64,000 nt of DNA from Octopus bimaculoides (Eukaryota): positions 47,968,262-48,032,261 of the forward strand of contig NC_068985.1 of NCBI RefSeq assembly GCF_001194135.2. Reading direction: 5' to 3'. Of this stretch, positions 12,232 to 25,880 are shown piece by piece. The notes below the pieces were generated by a model, which was given only the letters and a program-made list of their open reading frames with translations, did no database searches and was not told the DNA's origin. The stretch's first letter is position 1. The number at the start of each line of letters is the position of its first letter. Made by a program: the position numbers and the translations under genes.

Positions 12232-13293
12232 AAGTATGTCAGTTTCGACCTCTTCCTGACTTGTGGAAGTTATGTCCCCCAAATGATTCTTTAAACTACG
12301 AAACAAATGGTAGTCCGAAGGAGCAAGGTCGGGAGAATAAGGTGGGTGAGGAAATTTTTTCTCAACCAAGCTCTTCGATCTTCTGTGATGTGATCTTTGT
12401 AGTGTGGAGTCGCGCATTGTCCTGATGAAACATTACTTCTTTTCGATTTACTAAAGCGGGTCTTTTTTTCTTGAAAGCTTAGTTGAAACGCTCTAATTGC
12501 CGACAGTAGACTTGAGCATTGATTGTTGCATTAGGTGGTAACAATTCAAAGTGAATTACTCCTTTGCAATCCCACCAGATAGAGAGAAGAATCTTTTTTC
12601 CATGAAGTTCCCTTCTCGGTTGTGGTTGAGCTTTTACCCTTTTACCAAGCCACTGTTTACGACGTTTAATATTTCGATAGAAGATCAATTTTTTATCATC
12701 AGTCACAAGTTTATCCAAAAAGGTTGAAATGAGTTCGCCAGAATGGAGAGAAGAGCAGATGTCAACTCGAGATTTGCGGTTGCTTTCGGACAGTTCATGA
12801 GGCACTCACTTTCCAAGTTTAGGAACCTTTCCAAGTTGTTGAAGATGATGAACAGTTGTATGGCTTGAACTAAGCTTTATTACCAATTCTTCAACTGATA
12901 ATGCAGGATTTTCTTCAAGTAATGCCTCAAGGAGCTTATCATCAAACTCAACTGGACGTCCTGTTCGATGTTCATCTTCAAGGCTGAAATCTCCACTTCT
13001 GAATTTTGCAAAAAATCTTCTGCAAGTTCTTTCATTCAAGCATTCTTTCCCATAAACTGAGTGTATGTTTCGAGTCGCTAGGGCTGCAGAGTTTCCTTTT
13101 TTGTACTCATAAAGCATTATGTGCCTTAAATGCTCTTTGGATACCTCTATGTTAGAAAGTGTTTCAATCAAAGAAATTTTAATTCTATTATTTGTAAAAT
13201 AATATTTGAATGTATACAAACGCATAAAAATAATTTTTTCATTCAATTTTAAAAAAAAGTAAAATCGGACAGAACTTATGGGATGACATGGTA
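12232..13293 (-). mobile_element. Mariner (DD34D) transposon, pseudogenised transposase, 3' end lost
   Basis: HTH region EVSKEHLRHIMLYEYKKG..GRP; W(stop)VPHEL; LVTDDKK; FHQDNAR; HPPYSPDLAPSDYHLFRSL. TA plus left TIR ccatgtcatcccataagttctgtccg at ~13266-13293. Start ATG is mutated to ATA. Confidence 0.95.
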
Positions 13294-14984
13294 TTTCCGT
13301 ATGTAAATATATAAACATCTATATGTATACCTATATTTGCTTACCTTCTAGTGTATATATGTACGCATGTATCTATGTATGTATGTATCATAAAATATCG
13401 CATTTTCCACTTCTATAAAATATCGCATTGTCCACTTGCATTTCACAATCGTTCTATTGTTTTGTTATTTTGTTTTACGATCACCACATTTGTGAAATAT
13501 TTCACACTGAACTTCGAATGCAGAAAATAAGAGCATTTAAGAATGATGACAAGTGTATCAAAATATTAGCTACAGTTAGAAAGTTAGTAAAAGATATGAG
13601 CAGCTATTTCCAAACCGTCCCTTAATAAGGAGAATTTTATTAAAATGTTGACTTATTCTGAATTTTCTTGAACGTAAAATTATTTTAAATGGAGGATCGT
13701 TGATTCCGAAGTGAATAAAAATTTTGGAAACCCTTTTGTTTTAATATCGTCTTCACATACGTTAGACATTCCTCTTAATATTAATAATTTGCTTTCTCAC
13801 AAATTATACCATTCCTGATTACAAGCGCTTCAACTTACATCTCAGCTATTCTTGCCTAGAAGACGTCTCTGCTATCATTTTGCGACAAGACTTAAAATCA
13901 TACAGATACACAGCTTATACAGCAACAACTTGACTGCAGTGATAGAAGTTGAGTCACGTCCTACGAAGAGTATTGTATCTTCCCACAGATGTTACACTCA
14001 CTAATCGAAATGTCATGCTGAGGAATGATGCGAGTTTACTCTAACGTGTTCAAGGAGCGCTACAATCAAACATCGTCATCAATTTAGGCTCAAGAAAACA
14101 GTTCCCCCACCCTTTATCTTGCGTACTTGAAACCTTAGTAACAGGTGGCCTTCTTTTCATGCCATAACTTGAAGCTTTTACTGTAGAGCATCACTCCATG
14201 AGAGTTCTATGTTTTAGTCGGAGACTCTATTTCTCTGAGTAACTACATATTATGAAACAATTGGGGATATCCATCCCTAAGTATTCTGAAGAGATTGCTA
14301 ACTGTTGTCACAGATGAACCGTTCTCATGGCTCGGATTCAAACAAACTATGCTGGGAAATAATCTCAGAAAGTGTGGGATGTGACCGGGTTTCTGCATTT
14401 GTCAACGAATTGTTGGCCCATAGTCTGTCCGCTCGTAGAGTGTAATGCTGGAAGTCATATTTTCTAGGCAAAAAAATAATCCCATGTGAACGACATGCTT
14501 CTTGCGAACAGTATTTAATCGTAACAGTGTACCCAGCCAATTCTGTCATCAACTGAAACACAGTAACAAAATATCGAATATATCCAGATTAAATATAGTA
14601 GCAATAGTGTAGTCACAAGAGATCAAAATTTCCTGTAACATTATGAGATATTCGAATCACGTAAAATCAACGGTTGTTTATCGTTCAGAATACATCAGTA
14701 AACAATAAAAAGGCAATATTTGGTGCAACAACTATAGTTATTCGTCAAAATACTTTACTTACGAAACAGAGAATGCTCGATTAATCTAAGACCAAATGTA
14801 TGGATATATACATATACATGCATATATATATGCATAGATTTATATATATACACACACATTCGTTCCATCGAGTATATTGTAGTGTGCGCGCGTCCCTGTA
14901 TATGTATATATGTCTGTGTGTGTGAGTATGGGCGTGCGCGCGTGCGCGCGTGTGTGCAACAAGATTTCGCAATTTCCGTTTCCA

Positions 14985-15100
14985 TATATAAAAACCAGTC
15001 GCCAAGAAAGTATCTTCAGATGATTTACCCACGTTGTCACGTGGTGGAATCAAATGTGAAACCATGTGTTTGTGAAGGCATTTTCTTAATCATACACTTA
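14985..15100 (-). mobile_element. SINE family C head fragment
   Basis: Resembles the 5' part of the 50295-50594 copy. Confidence 0.5.
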
Positions 15101-15347
15101 TGTCTGCTAGAATATCGTTTTGTTTAACCTCAAATAAAATCTGATTCATACTTCTCGCTAAAGGCATTGTTCTCGTGGTCAGCCCATCTGACATAAGTAT
15201 GGCTATATATTTCTATTTGAAGATAGTGCATGATTATTAGATGAAGATCTGACTGTAATCTCTACACAGTGGGGCAACCGTGTATTGGTTCCAGCACATA
15301 TTAGATATTTGTTTGGACTTCTATTGAAGCTAGAATTTATATATATA

Positions 15348-15390
<43 letters not shown>

Positions 15391-15428
15391 ATGCGTATGT
15401 GTGTGTGTGCATGCGTGTGTGCGTTGTG

Positions 15429-15694
15429 TGATCAATAAGTATCCGGACTGATGTGATAGTAACAACGCTAAAGCATGCAGAGTAAAGCCGTTTCGCACAT
15501 ATTGACCTTCAGTGCAGTTGTGCATGTGCACTACGTTTTAACGTTCTTGCTCACTTCCGATGTTTACAACAGTGCTTGGAAGGAAGGTGTGTAGCGTGTG
15601 ATTGTCGCATTGACCATGACAGAGAAAGTCGAGCAGAGAATCTGCATCAATCTTTGCCATAAACTTGGTGATATTGTTCAGAGGCCTACGCAAA
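15429..15694 (+). mobile_element. Mariner family 2: left TIR, 5' UTR and first ~26 codons
   Basis: tgatcaataagtatccggact matches 57760-57941. ATG at 15616 gives MTEKVEQRICINLCHKLGD. Confidence 0.88.
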
Positions 15695-16273
15695 TTTTTC
15701 GAAAAGTTTTCATCATCCTCGACACAATGAAGAAGATCTTGTGCAACCTAAACCCGAGTGTCTTCTTGGTTAGCTAAACCTTGTTTGGCACAAACTTGGC
15801 AGACACGTGTCTCATACCCAAATCTTTAGTGATAATGGTCTGAACCGAACCGTAACGAATCTGCACATCCTCTGATAACTCACGGATGGTGATTCGATGT
15901 TTTGCCCTCACAGTTGCACGCACATCTGTGATGTTTTTCTCAGTTTTGCTGGTTGCGGGTCTCCCAGAACGTTCATCAATATCGACATTTTCCCGCTACT
16001 TTGGAAACGTCTGAACCACTCATACACATGTGGGCGTCTCATACTCTCCTCTCCATATACATTCTTGAACTTTTTGTAAGCCTCTGAGCAGGTATCGCCA
16101 TGACCACGCTGCACACGTTCCTTTATAGCACTGATGTAAACGGCAGAAGTGAGTAAGAGCATAAAACTTTGTGCCCTTGCACAGCAGAGTACAATGTTAA
16201 TTTTTACCAAGCGGCATTACTCTACGTGCTATGTTACTATGACAACAGTACGGATAGTTACTGATGAGACCAA
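15695..16273 (-). mobile_element. Mariner family 2: second left end plus N-terminal transposase fragment, inverted
   Basis: GDTCSEAYKKFKNVYGEESMRRPHVYEWFRRFQS..DERSGRP..GMRHVSAKFVP. Its 5' UTR is homologous to 15429-15610. Confidence 0.88.
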
Positions 16274-16279
16274 TATATA

Positions 16280-16460
16280 TATAGTTGAAATTTATAGAAA
16301 AACAAAGATGAAGACAGGTGTATGAACAACAAGCAAGTGTATTAGTTTGACGCGCGGGAAAAAGGAAAGGTCTTTTACAATTCAAGCCTTCGGTCCTCAA
16401 CAGAAAAGAATAAGAAAAAATAAACAGAGAGCGAGTGAAAAAGACATATAGGTTTTAAAT
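16280..16460 (-). mobile_element. ORF-less PLE-associated repeat with a degenerate hammerhead core
   Basis: aaacaaagatgaagacaggtg is related to 41983-42030. Minus strand reads CTGTTGA..GAATT-GTA. Confidence 0.5.
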
Positions 16461-16533
16461 TAACCTTAACCTAATCAGATTATTATAAATGACTTGAGAT
16501 ACTCGTCCTGCATTGGTCTTTGATGTACTTTTC

Positions 16534-16823
16534 CTCAGTTGTTAGAGCATCGAGCTTACGATCGTGAGGTTGTGAGTTCGAATCCTGTACCAGGCTGCGT
16601 GTTGTGTTCTTGAGTAATGTAGAAATGAGTTGCGACGTCACTGGTGCCAAGCTGTATCGGCCTTTGCCTTTCCCTTGGATGACATCGGTGGCGTGGAGAG
16701 GGGGTGGCTGGTATGCATGCATGTCGACGGTTGGCCTTCCCCAAACAACCTTGCCCAGACTTGTGCCTCGGAGGGTAACTTTCTAGGTGTAATCCCATGG
16801 TCATTCGTGACCGAAGGGGGTCT
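16534..16823 (+). mobile_element. tRNA-derived SINE (family B-type head)
   Basis: ctcagttgttagagc (A box), cttacgat anticodon-like loop, GAGTTCGAATCC (B box), then a non-tRNA body ending at a (TA)n tract. Confidence 0.85.
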
Positions 16824-16827
16824 CCAT

Positions 16828-16861
16828 ATATATATATATAATATATATATATATGTGTGTG

Positions 16862-16946
<85 letters not shown>

Positions 16947-16970
16947 GTGTGTGTGTGTGTGTATGTATAT
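16828..16970. repeat. (TA)n/(TG)n microsatellite
   Basis: Read directly. Confidence 0.97.
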
Positions 16971-17390
16971 AATTATAAATAAGTAAATAAGGGTATATGC
17001 TGAAAAGAGACGCTAAATCGTCGAACCACGTTAAATATCTTCACTATTGTTATTACACACGTGTCGAAACGAGGAACTAAGCAAACGGAAATTCATAACG
17101 TTGAGTTATATACACGCACAGATACACACTCACACATACACACACGCACACACACACACGCACACGCGCGCGCACACACACACACACATACACACACTCA
17201 CAGAAGAACCAGCTTCAGTATCTTTTTTTATATTTTGACGCTAGATTAAATGTTCATTAATAACTAAATGACTGGTGGTAGACTAAGTATAGAACGTCCT
17301 TTAATAGAACAGAAATGCTAATCGTTGTTGTTTTTTTGTTGTTTTTTTTGGCGTGGAGAGCACTTTACTTGTACTTCATAAATAACTGGG

Positions 17391-17450
17391 GAAATGTAGA
17401 GAAGCCAGAAATGTAGAGAAGCTAGAAATGTAGAGAAGCCAGAAATGTAG
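17391..17450. repeat. 17-bp tandem repeat (x3.5)
   Basis: gaaatgtagagaagc(c/t)a repeated. Confidence 0.95.
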
Positions 17451-18174
17451 CTTCATCTGCATATAGAAATGTTTACGAAGAAGAGAATAGAAAAAAATTA
17501 ACCTTGGCCACGCCGAATTGACTAAACAATGCAATCTGATAGAAGTTAGACTGATGGTTCTTTCATACATAGATACCATGGTTTCAATGTGTGACACATT
17601 CAGATTCGCTTCGGTTCAACTCTCGCATTCGTTTGGGCATGTGCGATAGTTTAAAACCGCAGAGAACAAGTTTATGGGTCATGAAACAAATACACGTCAG
17701 TTGCTAGATGCATTCTCTATAAGTTTCTATAGTCAAACAAGTTTAATGGCAAAATTATGTACATATTCTTATACAGAATTCATTAAGATATTTGTTTTAT
17801 GGTGTTCTATATAATTTTTGCTGTACGCGCTCGCGAATATAATACATAACTTTGAATATAACATGATTTAGACTATAATATTTTCAATTTGAAATATGAT
17901 TATATAAAGCAACGTCGAAATCATGATATCCTCTACCTACAAATAAAATTAATGTCGTGATATATTCCAATAAATTAGATTTTGTGATATCACGTAATAA
18001 ATGGAGTGTCGTAATATCTTCCTTCCTAATATTGATTTCCTTCGTCGGAATAACGCCAACTTTGTGAGTTTATCAGAAATACGTATTTTATCTACACTGA
18101 TGGACAACATTTATAACCAAATTCAGTGAGAACCAGGTCCAGAAATATCCATTTCTAAATTGATTACATAAGTA

Positions 18175-19200
18175 ACCCTATCTGTGTGTACTTTTCTCCA
18201 ACAGCACAGACAAACTGTTAATCGACACAAGTTTGCATGTGGTATGTCGACTGCGACAAGGTGAGGTGTGGTTGGGGACGGTTACGGAAGACTGAAGCAG
18301 AGCACCATCAGAATGATAATGAGCGTTGGTAGGCGTGATGTTATTTAATATGTATAGAAAGAAGGTACAGGAAGACAAAAGCGCATACTCGATGGAGTGA
18401 TGCACAAATGCAATGTCGAACACAAAGGGCTTCATACAAACATGTGGCATTAGTGTAATTTCACAGCAAGTTAGCTAATCAGAGATAGAATGAGCGAATT
18501 GACGGCAAATTTTACGTTTGGCAGGAGGATCGCGTGATCGACATAGTCGAAAGCTTTGTTAATATCGAGTGCGAAAATATTGCTTTCAACCATTTTTTTC
18601 CCATTACTTGAGCCCACTGATGGATAAAATGAGAGATTAGACCACCTGTATGCCTGATATTTTTATGGAAATTGAACTGGTGATTATTAAGGAAAGAGAA
18701 ATTCAGAGAGAGAGAGAGAGAGTGAGAGGAGGGACAAAGAGAGAGAGAGAGAGAGAGAGAGTGATTCGAATTGTTCGAGTAAATTGTTCTTAATGAGTGT
18801 CTCCATTTCTAAGATGCTAAAAATGACATTTCGTTAATTAGCAGTGTCAGGAAAGTTTCATTTCATTGGAATGGGAGCATAGAAGTGTCACTCCAGAAAG
18901 TAGTTCAGATCCCAGTAGCCAGAAACAGATTGAAGTGTTTGGTGAAACTAGGGGCCAGGTCTGTGCTATAGCGTTTAACGGTAACGAAAAGACACCAGGA
19001 CTGGTTGCCTTGTTGGTTCGAAGTAACAAGTGGTACTTTAGCATTTAGCTTTTGTGTACACATATTGGTGGACCTGGAAGTGTGCAAGGGTATACTAATG
19101 TGGGTGGTTTCCTGAGTATATGCAGTGTTGAATTGCCTGGAAAGTACAAACATATAATTAATGCTGAAATTTGTCTGTTTTACCTGCAAGGAGAAATAAA
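18175..19200 (-). mobile_element. Ancient CR1/Jockey-group LINE RT relic interrupted by (GA)n
   Basis: NKATSPG (KAxGPDG-like); DLAPSFTKHFNLFLATG; RHTGGLISHFIHQW; FALDINKAFDYVDHAILL; decayed motif 4/5 region LLSSCTFFLYILN..HSDGALL. Confidence 0.72.
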
Positions 19201-19355
19201 TAATTTATCAGTATCTTTCCACTCCGAGAAACACGAGAATGTACAATATGGTCGCATATGCATTTAGATATAAACATATATACATTGACATATACACATA
19301 TAGCTATAACTATACACATTCACTAAAATTTATCGCAACCCACGCAAAATATGTA

Positions 19356-19432
<77 letters not shown>

Positions 19433-20089
19433 TGTGTGTGTATGTTTACTTAGATATGTAAATGTGTGTGTGTGTGTGAGTGGGTATGTATATATTTATA
19501 TATATGCGTGTGTGTGCATATGTATATATGTATATATGTATATATATATATGTATATACTTACTTAGGTATGTATGTATATATATGCATAGATACACACG
19601 CACACACTCACACACATACCCACTCACGCGCACACATTTACATACAATCTACTCTCAAGTCAGTTGTATGACTAGAAGTGCTCAAGTGAAAGATGATACG
19701 AAATACTTGCTCTCCTGTAACTTGCAACTACCATCTTGTTTAATGCAATTAATCATGACGTATAAGTGCATCGTTGTTTCTACTCTCTCAACTATTATCT
19801 CTAAAAAAAAAACATTATCTTTTTTTTCTCAATATAAGATTTAAGCGACACTTGTATGATGCGTGTTCATATTATTTTCGTTCGTTATATACATTCTTAT
19901 TTTATTTTCTAAATTAATTAAATTATTTACTTGATTGTACTCATTCAAGTATTCTGAGAGATTACTTATGAAGGTTGAATTGTGTAGCTTAAAATTTCAT
20001 AAACTTTCTTATATTTTTGTTTTTCCCTCCTTCTCTCTCCTCTCTCTCTCTTTTCTCTCCTTCTCTTTCTCTCTCTTTGTCTATATGCG

Positions 20090-20123
<34 letters not shown>

Positions 20124-20930
20124 TGAACGAATTTGTGTATCTATGTACTTATGCGCGCATGTAGGCATGGAATAATTTTATAATTATTTTGAACAATTAC
20201 AACTTTAAATTAAGTTGTATTGCTGTTGACGTTAGCAAGAATACTTAGTAATAATACCGTAATCCTTTATTTAATGTCTACCGTAGCAGTGGAATAAAAT
20301 AAATCTCTTTATAGAGATAAGCGAAGTTGCAGTTCTTCTTTTAGAAATGAAGAACTTTTTAGATAACTACAATTTAATGAATATCCTATAAAAATTCGTA
20401 AACTTTAAACAATAGTGTGATGAAGCATGCACGTGCTATACTCACTTATCGGGGAAAATATAGGTGGGTATTCAGTCTGCTAGACATAATAACCAAATAT
20501 AAAAAAAAAAGAATGACAGGATACACTATATCTGTAAATGGAACCATATAACCACATCCGAAATACCTTGACTATAAGTCTCCCGATCATGGATTAGTGT
20601 TAATTTGGAACTAAATAACAACGGTAACAACATCACAAAGTAAACATGTAAGAAGAAAAACCACACTAACTCTCGCGTGCGCACGTGTGTGTGTCCTAAA
20701 CACACACGCACAATAATATATACATGCATATATTTTTGTGTGCGCGTGTTTGTGTGAATAGCGCACGTCTCCCAAAATTTACGCCCAATTGTAATTGTAC
20801 ATAATATATATTAGATTATGAAGTCCACAGGGAAAGAAAGGATGATCGTAGCCGCATCGCCTTTGATGATAGATATGCCAGGAGCTTTATTTACAATTGA
20901 CGGATATTTGTCCTTATCTTGTTTGTTGTT

Positions 20931-20975
20931 AACACAACGTTTTGGCTGATATACCCTCCATCCTTCATCAGGGGT
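20931..20975 (-). ncRNA. Minimal hammerhead motif, core mutated (GAAA to AAAA)
   Basis: aaccc-CTGATGA-a-ggatggagggtatatcagcc-AAAAC-GTT-gtgtt on the minus strand. Confidence 0.6.
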
Positions 20976-21070
20976 TTTGGGAAAATTTCGAACCTGGGTT
21001 CTCATTCCTAAGGTATTTTTCGCTCTTAACCCCAAGATTCCGAGTTCGATTCCAGGCAGTGACCTAAATC

Positions 21071-21104
<34 letters not shown>

Positions 21105-21150
21105 CAACAACAACAACAAAAACAAAAATAACAACAAAAACAACAACAAT

Positions 21151-21204
<54 letters not shown>

Positions 21205-21257
21205 TAATAATAATAATAACAACAGCATTGAAAAATCCAGGTTCGAAATTACCCCAA

Positions 21258-21303
21258 GACACCTGATGACGACTGGAGGTTATATCACCCGAAACGTTGT
21301 GTT
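21258..21303 (+). ncRNA. Minimal type I hammerhead ribozyme motif (core intact, stem II damaged)
   Basis: gacac-CTGATGA-c-gactggaggttatatcaccc-GAAAC-GTT-gtgtt; stem I gacac/gtgtt. Confidence 0.7.
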
Positions 21304-22822
21304 AACAACAAACAAGATGAGGACAAATATCCGTAAATTGTAAATAATGTACATAATTACTCATCTCTTAAATAGAGAACTGTAATGCTAGGAACATCAA
21401 TAACTTAGCTACTAATCTAAGGTCTACAAGGTATCATCTCTTATACGACCACAGGATTTACGAGAAACAATAGCCGAATCAAAAACTTCCTATATTAAAA
21501 ACGGAGAAGTTCATCGAATATTTTGGCGCTAGATGTACCGTTTGAAAAGAATGTGTCAGTAGTGACATGGCCAAAACGCTTTTGATTCAGTTTGCCTTAT
21601 CCGAAATAATTTTGAGTATGTCAATGAAAAGCAACCATTAGTTTTTCTGTTTGTTTTACCATTTTTTTAAAGGGAGAAGTTGAAACCGTTTTGGGTGCTA
21701 ATAATTACATATCTGTGCCCTATAACCAATTAAGTCTGATCACTATGGTTTCGAGCATCGGTTCTCTTAATAAAAGTTAATTTAAGAGAACATTAGCTGC
21801 TGAACTCGGATATATTATATTTCACACATGTATCCTTTTGATAACAACGCCGATATACACGCATACAATGGTGAATCATAGTAGCCGTTGATTATGATAG
21901 AGATACCCTTCTGAAAATATACTATATTTTCTCCCAAACTAAGGTTAGATTCAATAATGTTAGTTATAGGTACACTGTATTTAAGAAAATGATGATATAT
22001 TTACGGCCTGATCAGTCAGAGACGAGATGGGTTACCCAATACCAACGAGAGTTCAGAGATTATAAGTGCAGACCGGAATATAGTGGCAATACAATACAGT
22101 CTAACATCCACCAACAATACCTTACAATAACCCACTGCATGATGCTGTACCGAGTGTAGATATCACCTGGATGAATATATCATTCATCTAGAGCAATTGA
22201 TCAGTGAATTACACGCCAAGGTTTATCTATTTCAATATCGTAGGTCCGATCTGGAAATGAAAGTAAGAGCTACACAAATGCTATACGACTAAAATGTGAT
22301 TTATTGGTAGCAAGTGATGTGAAAATATAGCTTGCATGATATATGCAAGTAACAGATGGGGAGATATTAATACACATTTGCTTCTTATTTTAGATTCCTT
22401 TAAGTTACACACTCGGACGTATATATTGTAAGTGACAGCATGTGCGAGCTCAGCTACAGCTTAAATAGTCCCTAAAATGTTCAGTGAGTTCAGAAAGAAG
22501 GCAAGTACTTTCTTTTCTGTAAGAACTTTTCTCTATTATAGCTTATTTTAGTTTCAGAAAGCATGAAACACATACCTCTTGTTTTATCTTTCTCAATCTT
22601 CAACTCCTTTTTATTTTATTTCTCTCTCTGTTTCTCCTACCAAACCACACTCTCTTTGTATACATATACATACAGAGACAGGTATATGCATACATCTCTC
22701 TCTCTCTCTCTCTCTCGCTATATATATATAAATACAGAGAGAGAGAGAAAGGGATTTAGATATATATATATGTATGTGTGCGTGAGTGTATCTTCATACA
22801 TGTGTGTGTGTATGTATGTATG

Positions 22823-22855
<33 letters not shown>

Positions 22856-23190
22856 NNNNNNNNNNNNNNNNNNNNNNNNNNNNNNNNNNNNNNNNNNNNN
22901 NNNNNNNNNNNNNNNNNNNNNNNNNNNNNNNNNNNNNNNNNNNNNNNNNNNNNNNNNNNNNNNNNNNNNNNNNNNNNNNNNNNNNNNNNNNNNNNNNNNN
23001 NNNNNNNNNNNNNNNNNNNNNNNNNNNNNNNNNNNNNNNNNNNNNNNNNNNNNNNNNNNNNNNNNNNNNNNNNNNNNNNNNNNNNNNNNNNNNNNNNNNN
23101 NNNNNNNNNNNNNNNNNNNNNNNNNNNNNNNNNNNNNNNNNNNNNNNNNNNNNNNNNNNNNNNNNNNNNNNNNNNNNNNNNNNNNNNNNN
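22856..23190. other. Assembly gap (N run); others at 835-844, 31340-31420, 36375-36854, 37515-37716, 46030-46981, 47815-48604
   Basis: Read directly; each gap touches a microsatellite on at least one side. Confidence 0.99.
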
Positions 23191-24125
<935 letters not shown>

Positions 24126-24772
24126 CTTAAATATAATTATACGCATATGTGTTGCATGTGTATGTATATGTGTATATATATTCATGCCTGTACAATATAT
24201 ATACACGGACATAAAAACGCAAAACACCCCTACACATAAAACTGTACACATGCAAACATATCCATTATGTGATTATATAATAGATGTGTTTGTTGTGCGT
24301 ATTTATTTTGTTTAAGTGTGTAACTGTATACATGCACATGTATTTGCATGAATATATGTATAGTGATGTGTAATTGTCATTAAGCTTGAATTCTATATAT
24401 GTGCGAGCATATATGCATAGAAATGTTAACTGACATAGACTAAACGAGAGACCGTGAGATGGGTAGGCAAAGGAAGCGAACTACGAAGCCTTGGAAAGGA
24501 AAATGAAAGGCATTGAAAGAGCTGATAGAGAACAGGCTGAAATCTAAGTCATGAATGGATGAGAAGTTAACAATAGTGTTCGTTCGAAAAATTGTAGCAA
24601 AGAACATACATGTTCTGGTGAAAAAGGAAACTTTTAGAAGTTTATTTGTACATATACGTGCATTGCTCCCGCATTATTTATAAATAATCAACAGCTTAGC
24701 AGCAATCGATCTTGATTCTTTTTGCTTTCCCTCACATATGCTCTTCCTCTCTTGCCATGTATAGCTCTCTCT

Positions 24773-24806
<34 letters not shown>

Positions 24807-24808
24807 AG

Positions 24809-24839
<31 letters not shown>

Positions 24840-25519
24840 CGTATACATACAAACATATATACAATTTACTGTTTCATAAATAGTCCTCAAGTAGATATCA
24901 TTTTCTTCCCGACACCCCTTATGTGCCATGCTATTTCGATAACATTCATATAGCTTTTTTTTACGAATGAATATTTTGCTTATCTTGACAAAGGACAAAC
25001 TGGACATACCTATAATTATTTCTTTTCCGTTTAGTATTATCCATTGTCATAGTATGTAAATTTTACTTCTCGTTTTTGTTGTTCTTTTACCATAAATTAT
25101 CAGCAGCCTATCAGGCTAGCGAAACTTGGAGCTCCTGATTCATCGGATACTAGTTTACAATGCCAAATCTTGATTCCTTCCAATAAAATCGCAACATATA
25201 CAACTGTTTCAATGCCACAATCAGATGTTTTGACAATATGAAATATTCTGCCAATATTCCCCACTATTTCTCATAATTATTGCTAATTTTTTAGCCATTT
25301 ACACCCACTATTTATATCAAAAAGCTCCATGAGTGTGTTGTTCTACCACCGGTAACTCCACAATATCCTCTGTATCCTGCGCATCTTCGCTAGATCTTCT
25401 TATCTAGTACTCCCTAAAACTGAGGGTCTTTGCATTTCTCTGTCTTATATCCTTCACTTCATCGTGTTAGCGAACATCAAGCTTTGAGCGAAACAGCGAT
25501 TCCTTTGGCGCATCAAGCT

Positions 25520-25764
25520 ATGAACATTGTTTTGCAACAGATAGACAGAGTATAGTAATACCGACTCCATACTGGTGGTGACCGAATCTCATTTAATTGC
25601 CTTTTTCCATTTTTCTCTGCTTTCAGTACTCCGTTTTTAACTGACACTAACATGGTTTCCTTACTTTGGGCTAGGTATCTCATTAAGCTGTCGAGTTGGA
25701 TATGTACACAGACTTCCACTCTTATCAGTACCCTTCTTTCATTTGGTCTCTTCATTTATAGGCG
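25520..25764 (-). mobile_element. R4/Dong-clade fragment (post-RT region)
   Basis: RL*MKRPNERRVLIRVEVCVHIQLDSLMRYLAQSKETML resembles RLYxxRxxGGRGLxxVExxV..SL..Y. It abuts (ATT)n. Confidence 0.65.

Positions 25765-25880
<116 letters not shown>

Larger units (their letters stand above)
20888..21346. repeat. 110-bp inverted repeat (~89% identity) of a PLE pLTR-like sequence around a SINE head and (AAT/AAC)n
   Basis: Arm 20888-20997 versus the reverse complement of 21237-21346: 12 mismatches in 110 bp by manual alignment. Confidence 0.92.

Noticed and set aside
14325-14555. Minus-strand ORF behind a strong TTTCAG acceptor
   Set aside because: No recognisable homology or linked exon, and such acceptors are frequent by chance in AT-rich DNA.
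16261-16295. CTGATGA..GAAA match on the + strand
   Set aside because: There is no stem II or stem I pairing, and it overlaps the mariner TIR, so it is a chance match.
16534-16610. tRNA-Arg-like sequence (also at 10606)
   Set aside because: A and B boxes are present but there is no full cloverleaf, and it continues into a SINE body.
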